DNA of 35,573 nucleotides from Paraspadella gotoi (lineage: Eukaryota > Animalia > Chaetognatha). Under the pieces are notes generated by a model that did not search any database, was not told the origin of the DNA, and worked only from the letters and a program-made list of their open reading frames with translations. Location: positions 5,152,987-5,188,559 of the forward strand of contig CM119264.1 of NCBI GenBank assembly GCA_051294375.1, given 5' to 3'. A program made the position numbers and the translations under genes. Shown piece after piece: positions 1 through 9,980 of this stretch (within the stretch, counting starts at the first letter, position 1; each line of letters opens with the position of its first letter).

Positions 1-314
1 TCCACTATAATGTATATGGATCAAAGATAAACACATTGCAATGGTGTACAATATTGCTGGACAAAGTTTATTACATTTTATCATTAGAAGTTCTGTAATA
101 CAATTTTTTTTTCCTTTTTTACTTAATCGATTTGTACTATCACTTTAACCAGTGAAGCATAGTTTAATATTGAACAGTTAAATATTCATCATTGCATAAG
201 TAATAATTTTTTTTTAATTTTATTTTTTAAAAACGGATTCATATATGATTAACTAGTAAAAAAATATTTTGTTCATATAATATATAAAATAATCTTTTTA
301 CTTTTCTAAACTAG

Positions 315-605
315 GGAAATCAAATTTCGCCAGCAGAGATTGAAGCTCTGCTGCTTAATCATGGGTCTATTGCTGACGCAGCTGTTGTTGGAGTACCCGC
401 ACCAAACAAAGAAGATGGTGAATTACCTAGAGCCTTTATCATTCGAAAAGAAAATGCTGATATTGATGAACGCAAAATAAAGGAATTTGTTGAAAAAAAT
501 ACCCTTCCTTATATGTGGCTCCGCGGTGGTGTACAGTTTGTGTCAGAACTTCCAAAATCTCCTTCTGGGAAAATTTTAAAACGATTATTAGTAGAAAATA
601 ATTAA
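315..605 (+). CDS. Terminal exon of an ANL-family acyl-CoA synthetase (luciferase-like/4CL-like), AMP-binding C-terminal domain; upstream exons lie outside the window or were not detected
   Basis: Acceptor ttttctaaactAG at 313-314, then an open frame GNQISPAEIEALLLNHGSIADAAVVGVPAPNKEDGELPRAFII...YMWLRGGVQFVSELPKSPSGKILKRLLVENN* (TAA 603-605). The SPAEIE, DAAVVG, GELPRAF, LRGGV and PKSPSGKIL (A10 Lys) motifs are typical of the family. Confidence 0.93.
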   Translation, partial: GNQISPAEIEALLLNHGSIADAAVVGVPAPNKEDGELPRAFIIRKENADIDERKIKEFVEKNTLPYMWLRGGVQFVSELPKSPSGKILKRLLVENN

Positions 606-1036
606 TAGAAAATTTCTCACTATTTGAAACCCGTCGGTTTAAAAAAGCTACCAGTACCAATCAAAAAACGCATAGCGAATAGCGATTAGCTGGGGTCATA
701 GAAAGGTGTTTTTGGATTTTTTCCTTCGAACTCCGGATACTGATAACCTTATGTTTTGTAAATACAGGAATAAAGTTAGACCTCCTAGCTTATCAGGAAA
801 ATTAGCCCAATTTTTATTGAAAACGAAGCGTCATAGAGCAAAAATCGAGAAAAATAGAAAATTTAAAAAAATTAAACAAGTACATTAATACAATTATTTA
901 AGTTTATCAATATTTAGATAATATATAACCCATAATTATGAGCTAAAGTTTATATTTTGATAAAAAAAAAATAAAATACAAAATTTTAAATTTTTTTTAT
1001 TATTTTTTAACTGTTCTTTAAACGTCATTACAAGTA

Positions 1037-1270
1037 CAGGGAGTATAATTAACTTCATAAAAATTTTAATTACTGGAATTACTGTGCTAAATAAAAAAAT
1101 AATGACAATTCGGAATCTTTTATTAAAACTGATGCTTGAAATCCTGTTTTCCATACTATTGACTCTTTCTGGCTTATTTTTAATTGACCTTAAGTTGTCC
1201 TTTGTCCATAGCACAGTAATTCCTGTTATGAAAATTCATATAAAGTTAATTAAACCTTATGTTATCTTAA

Positions 1271-1306
<36 letters not shown>

Positions 1307-1963
1307 TTATTATTAAAATATAGAAAGTGTTATAGGAAATTACAAATATATTGTGAATCTAGAAGCAACTGATTTAATCTTTTATTTAACCATATAAAAT
1401 ATAATAAAAAATACCAAAATTTAAATTTAATTGTTAAAAGTCTTTTTTTAAGCATGCTGCATTTATATTTAATGCTGGGAAATACACCATCTTTTTTAGG
1501 TTATTTTTAAGTTTTAACTTGAAACCCAGAAAGGGCCTTTGGACGTGGATTGGCTCACTAAGATTCAGTCAATTGACGAAAATGTGCTCAAGGTGTGATT
1601 TTTATCCTTTAGGCGAGGGTAGCACTAAGGGTATTCCACCAATTTTGACAAAAATTAGTACAATCCTATTTATATACTTCCCAACATATTTTCCTATACA
1701 TAAATAAAGATCTGAACACTTTTCAAATTTTAGCGAAACACCCTAATAAAATGTATAAAGCAACATATTAATTTTACATAGATTTTCATTAATGTAGTTA
1801 ATGAAAAAAAAACAATCTTTTCCATACATTATTAAATGAATAATCAGAGAAAAACTTATGTTAGAAATATATGCCGAAACATTTGGGAAAAAATATTTTT
1901 TTTCATTTAGCACAGTAATAATTCCTGTAATGAAAATCTACATAAACTTAATTACACTCCCAG
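1037..1963. mobile_element. Degenerate Tc1/mariner-type MITE, with an extra internal TIR copy at ~1209-1257
   Basis: TA|CAGGGAGTATAATTAA...ACTGTGCTAAAT (1037-1092) is inverted relative to ATTTAGCACAGT...TTAATTACACTCCCAG (~1905-1963). Confidence 0.55.
1628..1744. mobile_element. Small Tc1/mariner-type MITE nested in the previous element
   Basis: Imperfect TIRs AGGGTATTCCACCAATTTTGA and TCAAATTTTAGCGAAACACCCT. Confidence 0.4.
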
Positions 1964-2420
1964 AAGAAATGCGGCATATATAGTGTAATATTTGGTGGTT
2001 TTGCTTCATGCTTAAAAGCGAAGAAATATGTAAACCATAATTTACTTTTTATGAATAAGTTTCATACTTGTGTGGGAAGGTGATTATATGGAAATAAAAT
2101 AAGTCACTGTGGCGCAACGCCTTAAATTTGTCGTTTCTTGTAAGCAAAAAATAATCAATTCAAAACCAATGTAGCTGCCAAAATTGTAATATTTGATATG
2201 CTGTCTTTAATATCCTACAACAAATCGTTTTAGTTTGAAATGTTAATAAATAAAATTAAAAAAATACTGAACATATTAACTTTTTATTTTAACATCAGTT
2301 TAATTTTTTGTTGTAATTGTTTTTAACCTCAAATATGATAATGTTTTAAAATTATTTGTTAGAACATACAGTTTTCCTTGAGTTCAAACTGTTTTATGCT
2401 TTCCTAATATTTGTATAATT

Positions 2421-3246
2421 TTTGTCGTATCTGGTTTTTATTATTCTATTATTCACTTTGTCGGTCCGTCGGTCCGCCCCCTCAATCTTGTCGGGCATTC
2501 ACTTATATCATGTCAGAACATCGAATTATGATAAATTATGCAAAAAAACGATGTCTGTCCGTCCGTCCGTCCGTCCTTCCTTCCGTCTGTCTGTGTGTCT
2601 GTCTGTCTGTCTGTCCGTCCAACTTAGCAAAAAACACCAATTGCTCGTGATTGGATATATTGATTTGAATGAAATTTTGTGTGTGGGTAAGGAAGTGTGT
2701 GATTTAGCTGGATATGAAGTTTCGATGGAATCGTCCGAGTGGAAATGGGTTTAAATGGAAAAAACAAAAAAATATATTTCATTATTTGAACACCAATTAC
2801 TCATGAGTGGATGGGGCGATTGACTTGAAATTTTGTATTTGGGTAGAAAAGTGTGTGATTAAACTGGAAATCAAGTTTCGATGGAATCGTTTGAGTGGAA
2901 AGAGTTTAAATGGAAAAAACAAAGAACCTGTTTAACTTATTGATTATGCTTCTTTTTCTTTTTATTTTAAATGTAAATGCAAGTATTAATTAACCAAATA
3001 ATTAATCAGTTAATTAATAAATTAGTCAATTAATTAATAATTAATTAATCAGTAAATTAATCAATCAAAACAAACATTTCGGATCTAATTAATTAATTGC
3101 CTAATTAATTAATAATTAACTTGAATAAATTAATTATTAATTAATTAAACAATTAATTAACTTGAATTAATTATTAATTAATTAATTATTAATTAATTAC
3201 CGATAATGATCGTGGGCAGATCGGACATTGTTTGCTCAAACATGTT
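2421..3246 (+). mobile_element. DINE-1/HINE-like non-autonomous Helentron, copy 1, with two internal ~156-bp repeats
   Basis: Shared core CACTTTGTCGGTCCGTCGGTCCGCCCC, (GTCC/GTCT)n microsatellite, and 3' subterminal GCAGATCGGAC...TTTGCTCAAACATGTT. The 5' end is decayed. Confidence 0.75.
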
Positions 3247-3362
3247 AGGATTATACTCCAAGTTGTAAACTTATGTCCTCGCTTTCTTGATTTTGCAGTA
3301 CATATATTTTTTTAGAAAATAAAACAAACCCAAAGAAAATCATTGTCAAAACTTTCACAACC

Positions 3363-3787
3363 ATGATGGTGAACAATTTTGGTGGTTTTTCTTTGGTCCT
3401 AATGGCGATTTTTACGATACTAATCTTTCTTTTATCTGTGTTGTGGTTGTTGCAAAAATTATCAAAGCCTAAAGCTCCTCTTCCGCCGGGCCCATGGAGA
3501 ATCCCTTTCTTTGGTAGCATAACAATGTTTCAAAATCTATTGGATTCAAAAAGACGCCATGATTTTCGTATTGCGATGGGGCGAAAATACAAGAAGATTC
3601 TGTATTTTAAGATTGGCTCCCTTCCAATGGTATGGCTGAATGATATAGAACTTATCAAAGAAGCGTTTGTGACCAAGGGAGATATTTTATCTGATCGTCG
3701 GACAGAGGCGTCTGACTTAACCATAATTGAAAAAACTTTCGGCGCTGGAAAAGGAATCGCTGCTGCCAATTATGATAAAAATTTCAG
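3363..3787 (+). CDS. Cytochrome P450, CYP2 clan, exon 1
   Basis: ATG at 3363, N-terminal TM anchor, Pro cluster PKAPLPPGPWRIPFFGS, VWLNDIELIKEAFV..SDR. Donor AG|GTATC at 3788, phase 2. Confidence 0.93.
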
Positions 3788-4347
3788 GTATCAACTATGT
3801 CATTGTCGTTAGGTTGGTGTATCTGTCTGTTGCTCAGCCTGTGCTGCTTACGTTTTAAATGCCCATTACTCACGTTATACTGCATCATTTTAGAAAAAAG
3901 GCTATGTACCATGCCATGCTTTACATCCTGCTATTATATTTATTAGGTACAGTAGCATCCGACAAGAACTTCTGAGACGGCAAGCTCTGTAATTATAATT
4001 TGAAAATGAGTTTTTGTCTTGTTAGTCAAAATGCCAGAAATTTTACTGGGCATCATTCATGCATTAGTATTTTAGTTAATACTATGGAGAGAGGAGAATC
4101 GATCTATATGCTAGTGCACATAAATAGTTAAATACAGTCTCATGATCAAAACTAATTGTAAAATAGTTTGAGAGTATTTAATAATAATTGAATATTGATT
4201 AATTTATCATTGATCAATAATTTATTACCCAATATCCATAAGTGACTTGTTGTGCATATATATGTTTTATACTAATTTAATTATTGAATGCAGCGCTACA
4301 CATTGAAATTGTCGTTTCTTGAGTAATAAACTACTTAGTTTTAACAG

Positions 4348-4459
4348 GGACAAAAAAATGCTGACTATGGAATCAATGAAGGACTTCGGCTTTGCGGGCA
4401 AGACATTAAAAGAGATGGTCTCTGAAGAAGCTGGATTTCTGAATAAGGAGTTTAAAAAG
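4348..4459 (+). CDS. Cytochrome P450, exon 2 (not in the ORF track)
   Basis: Acceptor ttttaacAG at 4346-4347, phase-compatible with exon 1. Reads (R)DKKMLTMESMKDFGFAGKTLKEMVSEEAGFLNKEFKK, matching the CYP2 LRDFGMGK..EE region. Donor GT at 4460; an alternative in-frame GT lies at 4469. Confidence 0.88.
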
Positions 4460-4532
4460 GTTCGCTATGTTAAATAATTATGTATATGCAATCAAGTAAA
4501 TTAAGATAACATAAAAATTTTGGTTTCTTTTT

Positions 4533-5636
4533 AGTCGGATCTGCTTATAAGCAGATTCCGACTCAATAATTCACTTTGTCGGTCCGTCGGTCCGCCCCCA
4601 CAAATTTGTCGGTCATTGACTTAAATCATGTCAGGACATCGAATTATGATAAATTATGCAAAAAAGATGTCCGTCCGTCCGTCCGTCTGTCTGTTTGTAG
4701 GTCCGTCCGTCCGTCCGTCCCTCTGAGCAAAAAACTCCAATTACTCGTGATTGGATGGTTGGATTGGAATGAGGTTTTGTGTGTGGGTAGAAAAGTGTGT
4801 GATTGAGCTGGATATAAAGTTTCGATGGAATCGTGCGAGTGGAACTGGAAATGAGCTTAAATGGAAAAAACATAAGTCACATTTACTTGAATTTTTTTAC
4901 TAATTTTAACCCATAGTTATACTAATAAATAATAATTGGATGGATAGATTGAGATTAAATTTCCTGTGTAGGTAGGAAAGTGTGTGACGAAGCTTGATAT
5001 AAAGTTTCAATGGAATCGTGCAAGTGAAATGGTTTTAAAGGGAAAAAACTTAAGTCACATTTACTTGAATCCTTTTACTAATTTTAACCCATAATGACTC
5101 GAATTATTCATAATTGGATGGATCGAATGAGATGAAATTTTGAGTGTGGGTAGAAAAGTGTGTGATTGAGCGGCATATAAAGTTTCGATGGAATCGAGGA
5201 GTTGAAATGAGTTTGTATGAAAAAAACCAAAGTCAAGTTGACTTGAATTTTTATTATTCATGCTTACTCATGAATCTTTTAATAAATAAGGAAATAAAGT
5301 AATTAATTGATTAATTAATTGATCAATTAATTAAATTGAAAAAATGATACAATTTTAAAAAAATTTGCAAGTTTAAAAAATGGTGCAAGTTTAAAATAAT
5401 ATTAGTTATAAAATTTTTTTGTATCATAGTAACAGTTCAGGTTAATCCCTTGCAAGCGATTTACACATATTGGCGCAGCCATTGGTTTGGTATTGTACGA
5501 TTTGCTATGATCAGTTAGGATTACAAATTGAAAGAATTATCGTCATTTATCATCTGATTAGTTGATTAATTATCGTATCGATTAATTACCGCTTAATTAT
5601 CGTAGGCAGATCCGACATTATTTGCTCAATCTTGTT
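4533..5636 (+). mobile_element. DINE-1/HINE-like non-autonomous Helentron, copy 2 (complete; three internal ~180-bp repeats), in CYP intron 2
   Basis: 5' hairpin AGTCGGATCTGCTT-AT-AAGCAGATTCCGACT (4533-4563), core, (GTCC)n, 3' subTIR GCAGATCCGAC (5606-5616), end CTTGTT. T-rich flanks and no TSD. Confidence 0.85.
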
Positions 5637-6089
5637 TTCAATGCTTATTGCTTAAATTATAAAATGATAATTGATAATTGATTTAATCAGCACTTCTAGT
5701 TTTCATCAAAATTTAGATTATGATTATCAGGTAGTATTTTTTCATGTTTATATGTTACTTAAGATAAGTGTTATCGATATTTTGGTATTATATTTTGATA
5801 GATTTTTTATCATACTTTCTTTCCATAATTTTTAGATCCTACTTCTAATTAAGCACAGGGAGATAAATTTTATTTACAAAGATGTGTACAAGCGATGTTT
5901 GTCAGTGCTGTTTTTGGGGTTTTCCATCTTTCATTTAAAAATCTGTCTGTTGTCAGTCTGTCGTTGCCTTTGTAAATTTGATCATTTGATCATTTGGGCT
6001 TATTGTGAATAAAAAAATGAATAAGAAAATTTAAAAATAAAATCATTTTTTGTTACTTAATTACTACTATCTCTCTAATTAATTTATAG

Positions 6090-6246
6090 GTGGCTGATGG
6101 CTTATCCTCTTCCAAGGTACATCAAAAGTTTATTCATTATGCAGTGGCCAACGTCATTTGTTCTGTGATTTTTGGTCGACGTTTCGATTATCTTGATAAT
6201 TACTACGTAAACGCAGTTGACAGCATCCGATTTTTTTTTACGCAAG
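6090..6246 (+). CDS. Cytochrome P450, exon 3
   Basis: Acceptor tttatAG at 6088-6089. Reads VADG...AVANVICSVIFGRRFDYLD (CYP2 helix E signature). Donor G|GTAAT at 6247, phase 1. Confidence 0.92.
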
Positions 6247-6358
6247 GTAATGATATTCTTAAAACCATTACTTAACATAAATATTTTTAATTGGCTCAAT
6301 TATTTATTTCAAAAGCCGCTAGGTTATTAACTAAACATAGAATATGAAATTTTTTTTA

Positions 6359-6936
6359 CTATCTAGGAAAAAAGTATATAACATAAATTCATTTATTCAA
6401 TAAAAAGTATAAAAAATATGGGTAAAATATTTTTAATATTTGGTATACCTTTCCTCGGCATCGACTACTGCCTGCATTCATCTGGGCATGCTTTCACACA
6501 GCAAATTTAGGTAGGACAGTGAAATGTTTTTCCACATCTTTAACCCAATTCTTTTCAGATCCAATGTTGATGTTGCATGTCTTTCCCTCTTTACTAAAAG
6601 GTATAATAGCACTTTTTTAACCAAAAAGAGGTGCAAGGCCTTTAGCATTGCCAAATTAAAAAAAACAAAAAACTAACACTATTTGAAATAAAAATAAATA
6701 ACTAAATACCAAAAATAGAAGAAAATTAAATATGATATTTTTCGCCATTTTTCATTTGAAGTAATAATATTTTTTGGCCTGTAACTTCTAAACAATTTGA
6801 CCTACAAAAAATGGAAGGAAGCTGCTGAAAGGAAATTCAATATAAATCCGAAAAAATTCTGATTTTTTTAAAATCAAACAAGTTTTCGAATAAATATCCT
6901 TTATTAAAAATGTTATATACTTTTTTTCCTAGATAG
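6359..6936 (-). mobile_element. Internally deleted Tc1-like transposon in CYP intron 3
   Basis: TIRs CTATCTAGGAAAAAAGTATATAACAT and ATGTTATATACTTTTTTTCCTAGATAG with TA on both sides (6357-6358, 6937-6938). The minus strand ~6580-6433 reads LDLKRIGLKMWKNISLSYLNLLCESMPR*MQAVVDAEERYTKY*, the Tc1 transposase C-terminus (SMPRR..AV..A.G..TKY). Confidence 0.88.
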
Positions 6937-7055
6937 TAAATTTACCATAGCTTAGTTTTCACCTATCCCTCATTGTTCCTTATTGTGCCTTATTGTACAT
7001 ATTTAGTTACATGAAATTATAGAAATGTGGTCACATGATCAATACATGTTTTTTT

Positions 7056-7185
7056 AGTCGGACCTGCTTACAGCAAATCCTGACTCTATAATCTACTTTG
7101 TCGGTCCGTCGGTCCGCCCCCTCAATCTTGTCGAGCATTTACTTATATCATGTCAAAACATCGAAATATGATAAATTATGCAAAA
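7056..7185 (+). mobile_element. HINE-like element, 5' fragment
   Basis: AGTCGGACCTGCTTACAGCAAATCCTGACT hairpin plus core; truncated where the inverted copy begins. Confidence 0.75.
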
Positions 7186-7475
7186 ACAAGTTTGAGCAAA
7201 AAATGCCGGATCTGCCCACGATCATTAGCTGGTAAAGCAGCTGATCAGATAATTAATTAATAATTTTTTAATTCGTGTCAAAATCGTTTTCCACTTTGTC
7301 TCGCCTCTCAATCACAAAACCCCAATCTCGATCACAAAAATGATAATTAATTATTAATATATTTAGTTAATTAATTAATTACCTAATAGTGTAATCCTTT
7401 CTGTTTCGTTTGCGATCTAGAATAATAGAGAAAACAAAGTTTTATTTTTGTATGTCAAAACGATTTTATTAGATA

Positions 7476-7524
7476 TTAGCAGTCATTTTTCGACTCTTGT
7501 TGGCAAGCCATTATCAGCGCTTTT
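7476..7524 (-). ncRNA. Minimal type I hammerhead ribozyme, degenerate second copy
   Basis: Reverse complement reads aaaagcg-CTGATAA-tggcttgccaacaagagtc-GAAA-AATG-AC-tgct. Confidence 0.6.
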
Positions 7525-7603
7525 ACAGTATTAAAATTATGTGAGAGAAAATCAATAAAGAAGAAGAGGGAGAGAGAGAGAGAGAGAGAAAAAAAAGAGA
7601 CAC

Positions 7604-7639
<36 letters not shown>

Positions 7640-7824
7640 AGAGAAAGGTCAGGTTAAAGTTTCCAACAAAGAATTGATAAAGGACAGTGGTTAGAGGTGA
7701 GGGACAGATTTGAGATTTTTCTCTCTCTTTCTCTCTCAGATTTGAAATTTTTCTCTCTCTCTCTCTCTCTCTCTCCCTCCCTCTTCATCTTTATTACTTT
7801 TCTCTCACATAATTTCAAAACTGT

Positions 7825-7873
7825 AAAAGCGCTGATGATGGCTTGCAACAAGAGTCAAAACATGTCTGCTATT
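7825..7873 (+). ncRNA. Minimal type I hammerhead ribozyme, degenerate (GAAA to AAAA)
   Basis: aaaagcg-CTGATGA-tggcttgcaacaagagtc-AAAA-CATG-TC-tgct: stem I agcg/tgct, stem II ggct/agtc, palindromic stem III CATG. Confidence 0.7.
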
Positions 7874-8376
7874 ATCTAATAAAATTGTTGTTTTGTCACA
7901 CAAAAATAAAACTTTGTTTTCTCTACAATTAATTAATTACAAATAATTAATAATTAATTGATTACTTATTTATTAATAATTAATTATTACAGCTTGAATT
8001 TACATTTAATATAAAAAAGGCATAAACAAATAGTGAAATAGATTGTTTGTTTTTCCATTTTAACTCATATCCACTTGGACCATTCTATCGAAACTTTTTT
8101 TCCTGCTCAATCACACACTTTCCTACCCACACACAAAATTTCATTCTAATCCATCTATCAAATCACGAATAATTGGTGTTTTTTGCTAAGGTGGGTCAGA
8201 CGGACAGACAGATAGACGGACAAACAGACCGACAGATGGACGGACGCGGACGGACATAATTTTCGATGTTCTGACATGATATAAGTGCCCGACAAGATTG
8301 GGGGGATGGATAGACGGACCGACAAAGTGAATTATAGAGCCGGAATCTGCTGTAAGCAGATCCAGCTAAAAATGAT

Positions 8377-8444
8377 GTCCGTCCATCCGACGGACCGACA
8401 AAGTGGATTATCGAGTCGGAATCTGCTGCTCAGCATATCCGACT
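8377..8444 (-). mobile_element. Additional HINE-like 5' end fragment
   Basis: CCGACGGACCGACAAAGTG...AGTCGGAATCTGCTGCTCAGCATATCCGACT. Confidence 0.7.
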
Positions 8445-8592
8445 CAAAATTAAAATATGGGTATTGCTCCAGATTTACAGCGTTAAATACTTGACTCATG
8501 ATGAGAAGGTCCGAGACTCGATCCCAAACCATCCCCTTCCCTTAAAAAAGTAATAATATATAGTATTATATTGTGTAACGTTTGAGTGCCAA

Positions 8593-8832
8593 TGTGGATA
8601 AGGCGCTAAGTGGGCTGAAGACAACTATCTATGCTCCCTCAGCAGCCATGGAACGGGTCCTGGGCTTGGAACCAGGCTTGAGGGTTCTCCACGCCCCCAA
8701 GGCGGCTTACGGGTTGGTATTGAACTAATAGCTGGCGCTGCTGGCGGTCATGAGCTTTACTCAATAAGCCACAGGGTCACAACTGAAGGTGTCATGCTTA
8801 TAGTCGGGATGAACTTAGGCAATGCCCGACTA
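8593..8832 (-). mobile_element. SINE-like dispersed repeat, copy 1
   Basis: Homologous to 26694-26953. The minus strand has an A-box-like TGGCTTATTGAG and a B-box-like AGTTCAATACC, and ends GCCTTATCCACA. Confidence 0.6.
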
Positions 8833-8866
8833 GAAAAAATAATCTATTTTATTTATTCTTAACCAG

Positions 8867-9699
8867 ATCGAAGCAACTTCATTACGCAAATTCCGTGGAC
8901 AAATTATCTGCCTTACGTGAAGAAGATCCAGCAAAAAGAAATACGTCATTTGAAAAATATTAGTGAATTCATAGAATTGCAATACACGAAACACGCTTCG
9001 GATTTTGATGTTAACTCTCCTCGAGATTTCATTGACCTTGCACTGAAGCACTCCGCCCTTTCAAAATCTATTGACAAAGATAATATTACTAAGATCAGTT
9101 TTGACCTTTTCTTTGCGGGGACTGACACAACTGCCTCCACTCTACTGTGGTTTTTGCTCCATATGGTCCGTTACCCCGACATCCAGAAACGCTGCCAGGA
9201 AGAATTAGACAGAGTTCTTGGGACCGAGATAATTGGCTCTGCCACAAACCCCAAAGATTTTCCTCTGACCATGGCCACGCTTTTAGAAGTGCAGCGTGTA
9301 TCATGTATTGCTGGTGAATCACTGCCGCACGTTGCTCGAGAAGAACTAGTTGTTGGAGGTTTTCGTATCCCTGCTGGCTCCTTTGTTTTTGCTAATGTTT
9401 GTCATTTGCACTTTGATCCCAACAACTGGGTTGACCCCGAAAATTTCTATCCAGAAAGGTGGCTGGATGCCACTGATCCAACCAAGCTAGTTACAAATAT
9501 AAATTTTATCCCGTTTTCCTTTGGCAAACGAAAATGTTTGGGAGAAAATTTGGCAAAAACAGAGTACTTCATTTTTGCTATAAGCCTGCTAAAGAATTTT
9601 AGATTTAAGGTGGCTAATCCTGAGGTTTTGCCTCCTATAAAAGGTCACGGCTTTATTCATTCGCCCATTCCTTATGAAATGATCATTGAATGTAGATAG
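8867..9699 (+). CDS. Cytochrome P450, exon 4 (last)
   Basis: Acceptor aaccAG at 8865-8866, phase 1. Contains PRDFID, I-helix DLFFAGTDTT, K-helix EVQR, PERW, heme motif PFSFGKRKCLGENLA, and stop TAG. The four exons sum to 425+112+157+833 = 1527 nt = 508 aa + stop. Confidence 0.95.
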
Positions 9700-9980
9700 A
9701 TAAAAAAATGAGGAAAGAAATATGTAAGTGGGAGTATTTTATTTCTTTAAAGGAGAAGTAAAAATTTATACAATTTATAAAATTCATTTATTTACGATAC
9801 AGTTAATTTGAAATATATTTTGGATAGCATTACAAAAACAGCAACTAAATAAAAATTTAATATCGGCTAAAATTAAAATCAGTCCTTTGCTTTCTAAAAC
9901 TGGATTGATTTCTCACTAATAATTCATCATTTACTTTTGAACATTTTGTATTCTGTTTCTTTGAAGATCAATTATAGATC

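Larger units (their letters stand above)
7387..7925 (-). mobile_element. Fold-back Penelope-like (PLE) insertion: two inverted pLTR-like arms plus a 39-nt tail
   Basis: Arms 7426-~7600 and ~7755-7925 are inverted and each carries a hammerhead-like core. The unpaired tail is 7387-7425. Flanked by AATTAATTAATTAC (7369-7382, 7927-7940; low complexity). Confidence 0.75.
7185..8367 (-). mobile_element. HINE-like element, complete inverted copy (one internal repeat unit), interrupted by a Penelope-like insertion
   Basis: 3' end AACAAGTTTGAGCAAAAAATGCCGGATCTGC at 7185, (GGAC)n at ~8198-8255, 5' hairpin AGCCGGAATCTGCTGTAAGCAGATCCAGCT ending at 8367. Confidence 0.8.

Noticed and set aside
439-660. 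Minus-strand 73-aa ORF (also 3251-3520, 3530-3769, 8946-9322)
   Set aside because: Antisense shadows of the real ACS and CYP exons.
8459-8535. tRNA-Met-like sequence (CTCATGA loop, AAGGTC..CTCGATCCC)
   Set aside because: Stems do not form; at most a decayed SINE head.
8612-8650. Hammerhead at CTGAAGA (also ~26717), or an HDV-like ribozyme in this repeat
   Set aside because: No stem II plus GAAA follows, and I could not build the HDV nested pseudoknot.
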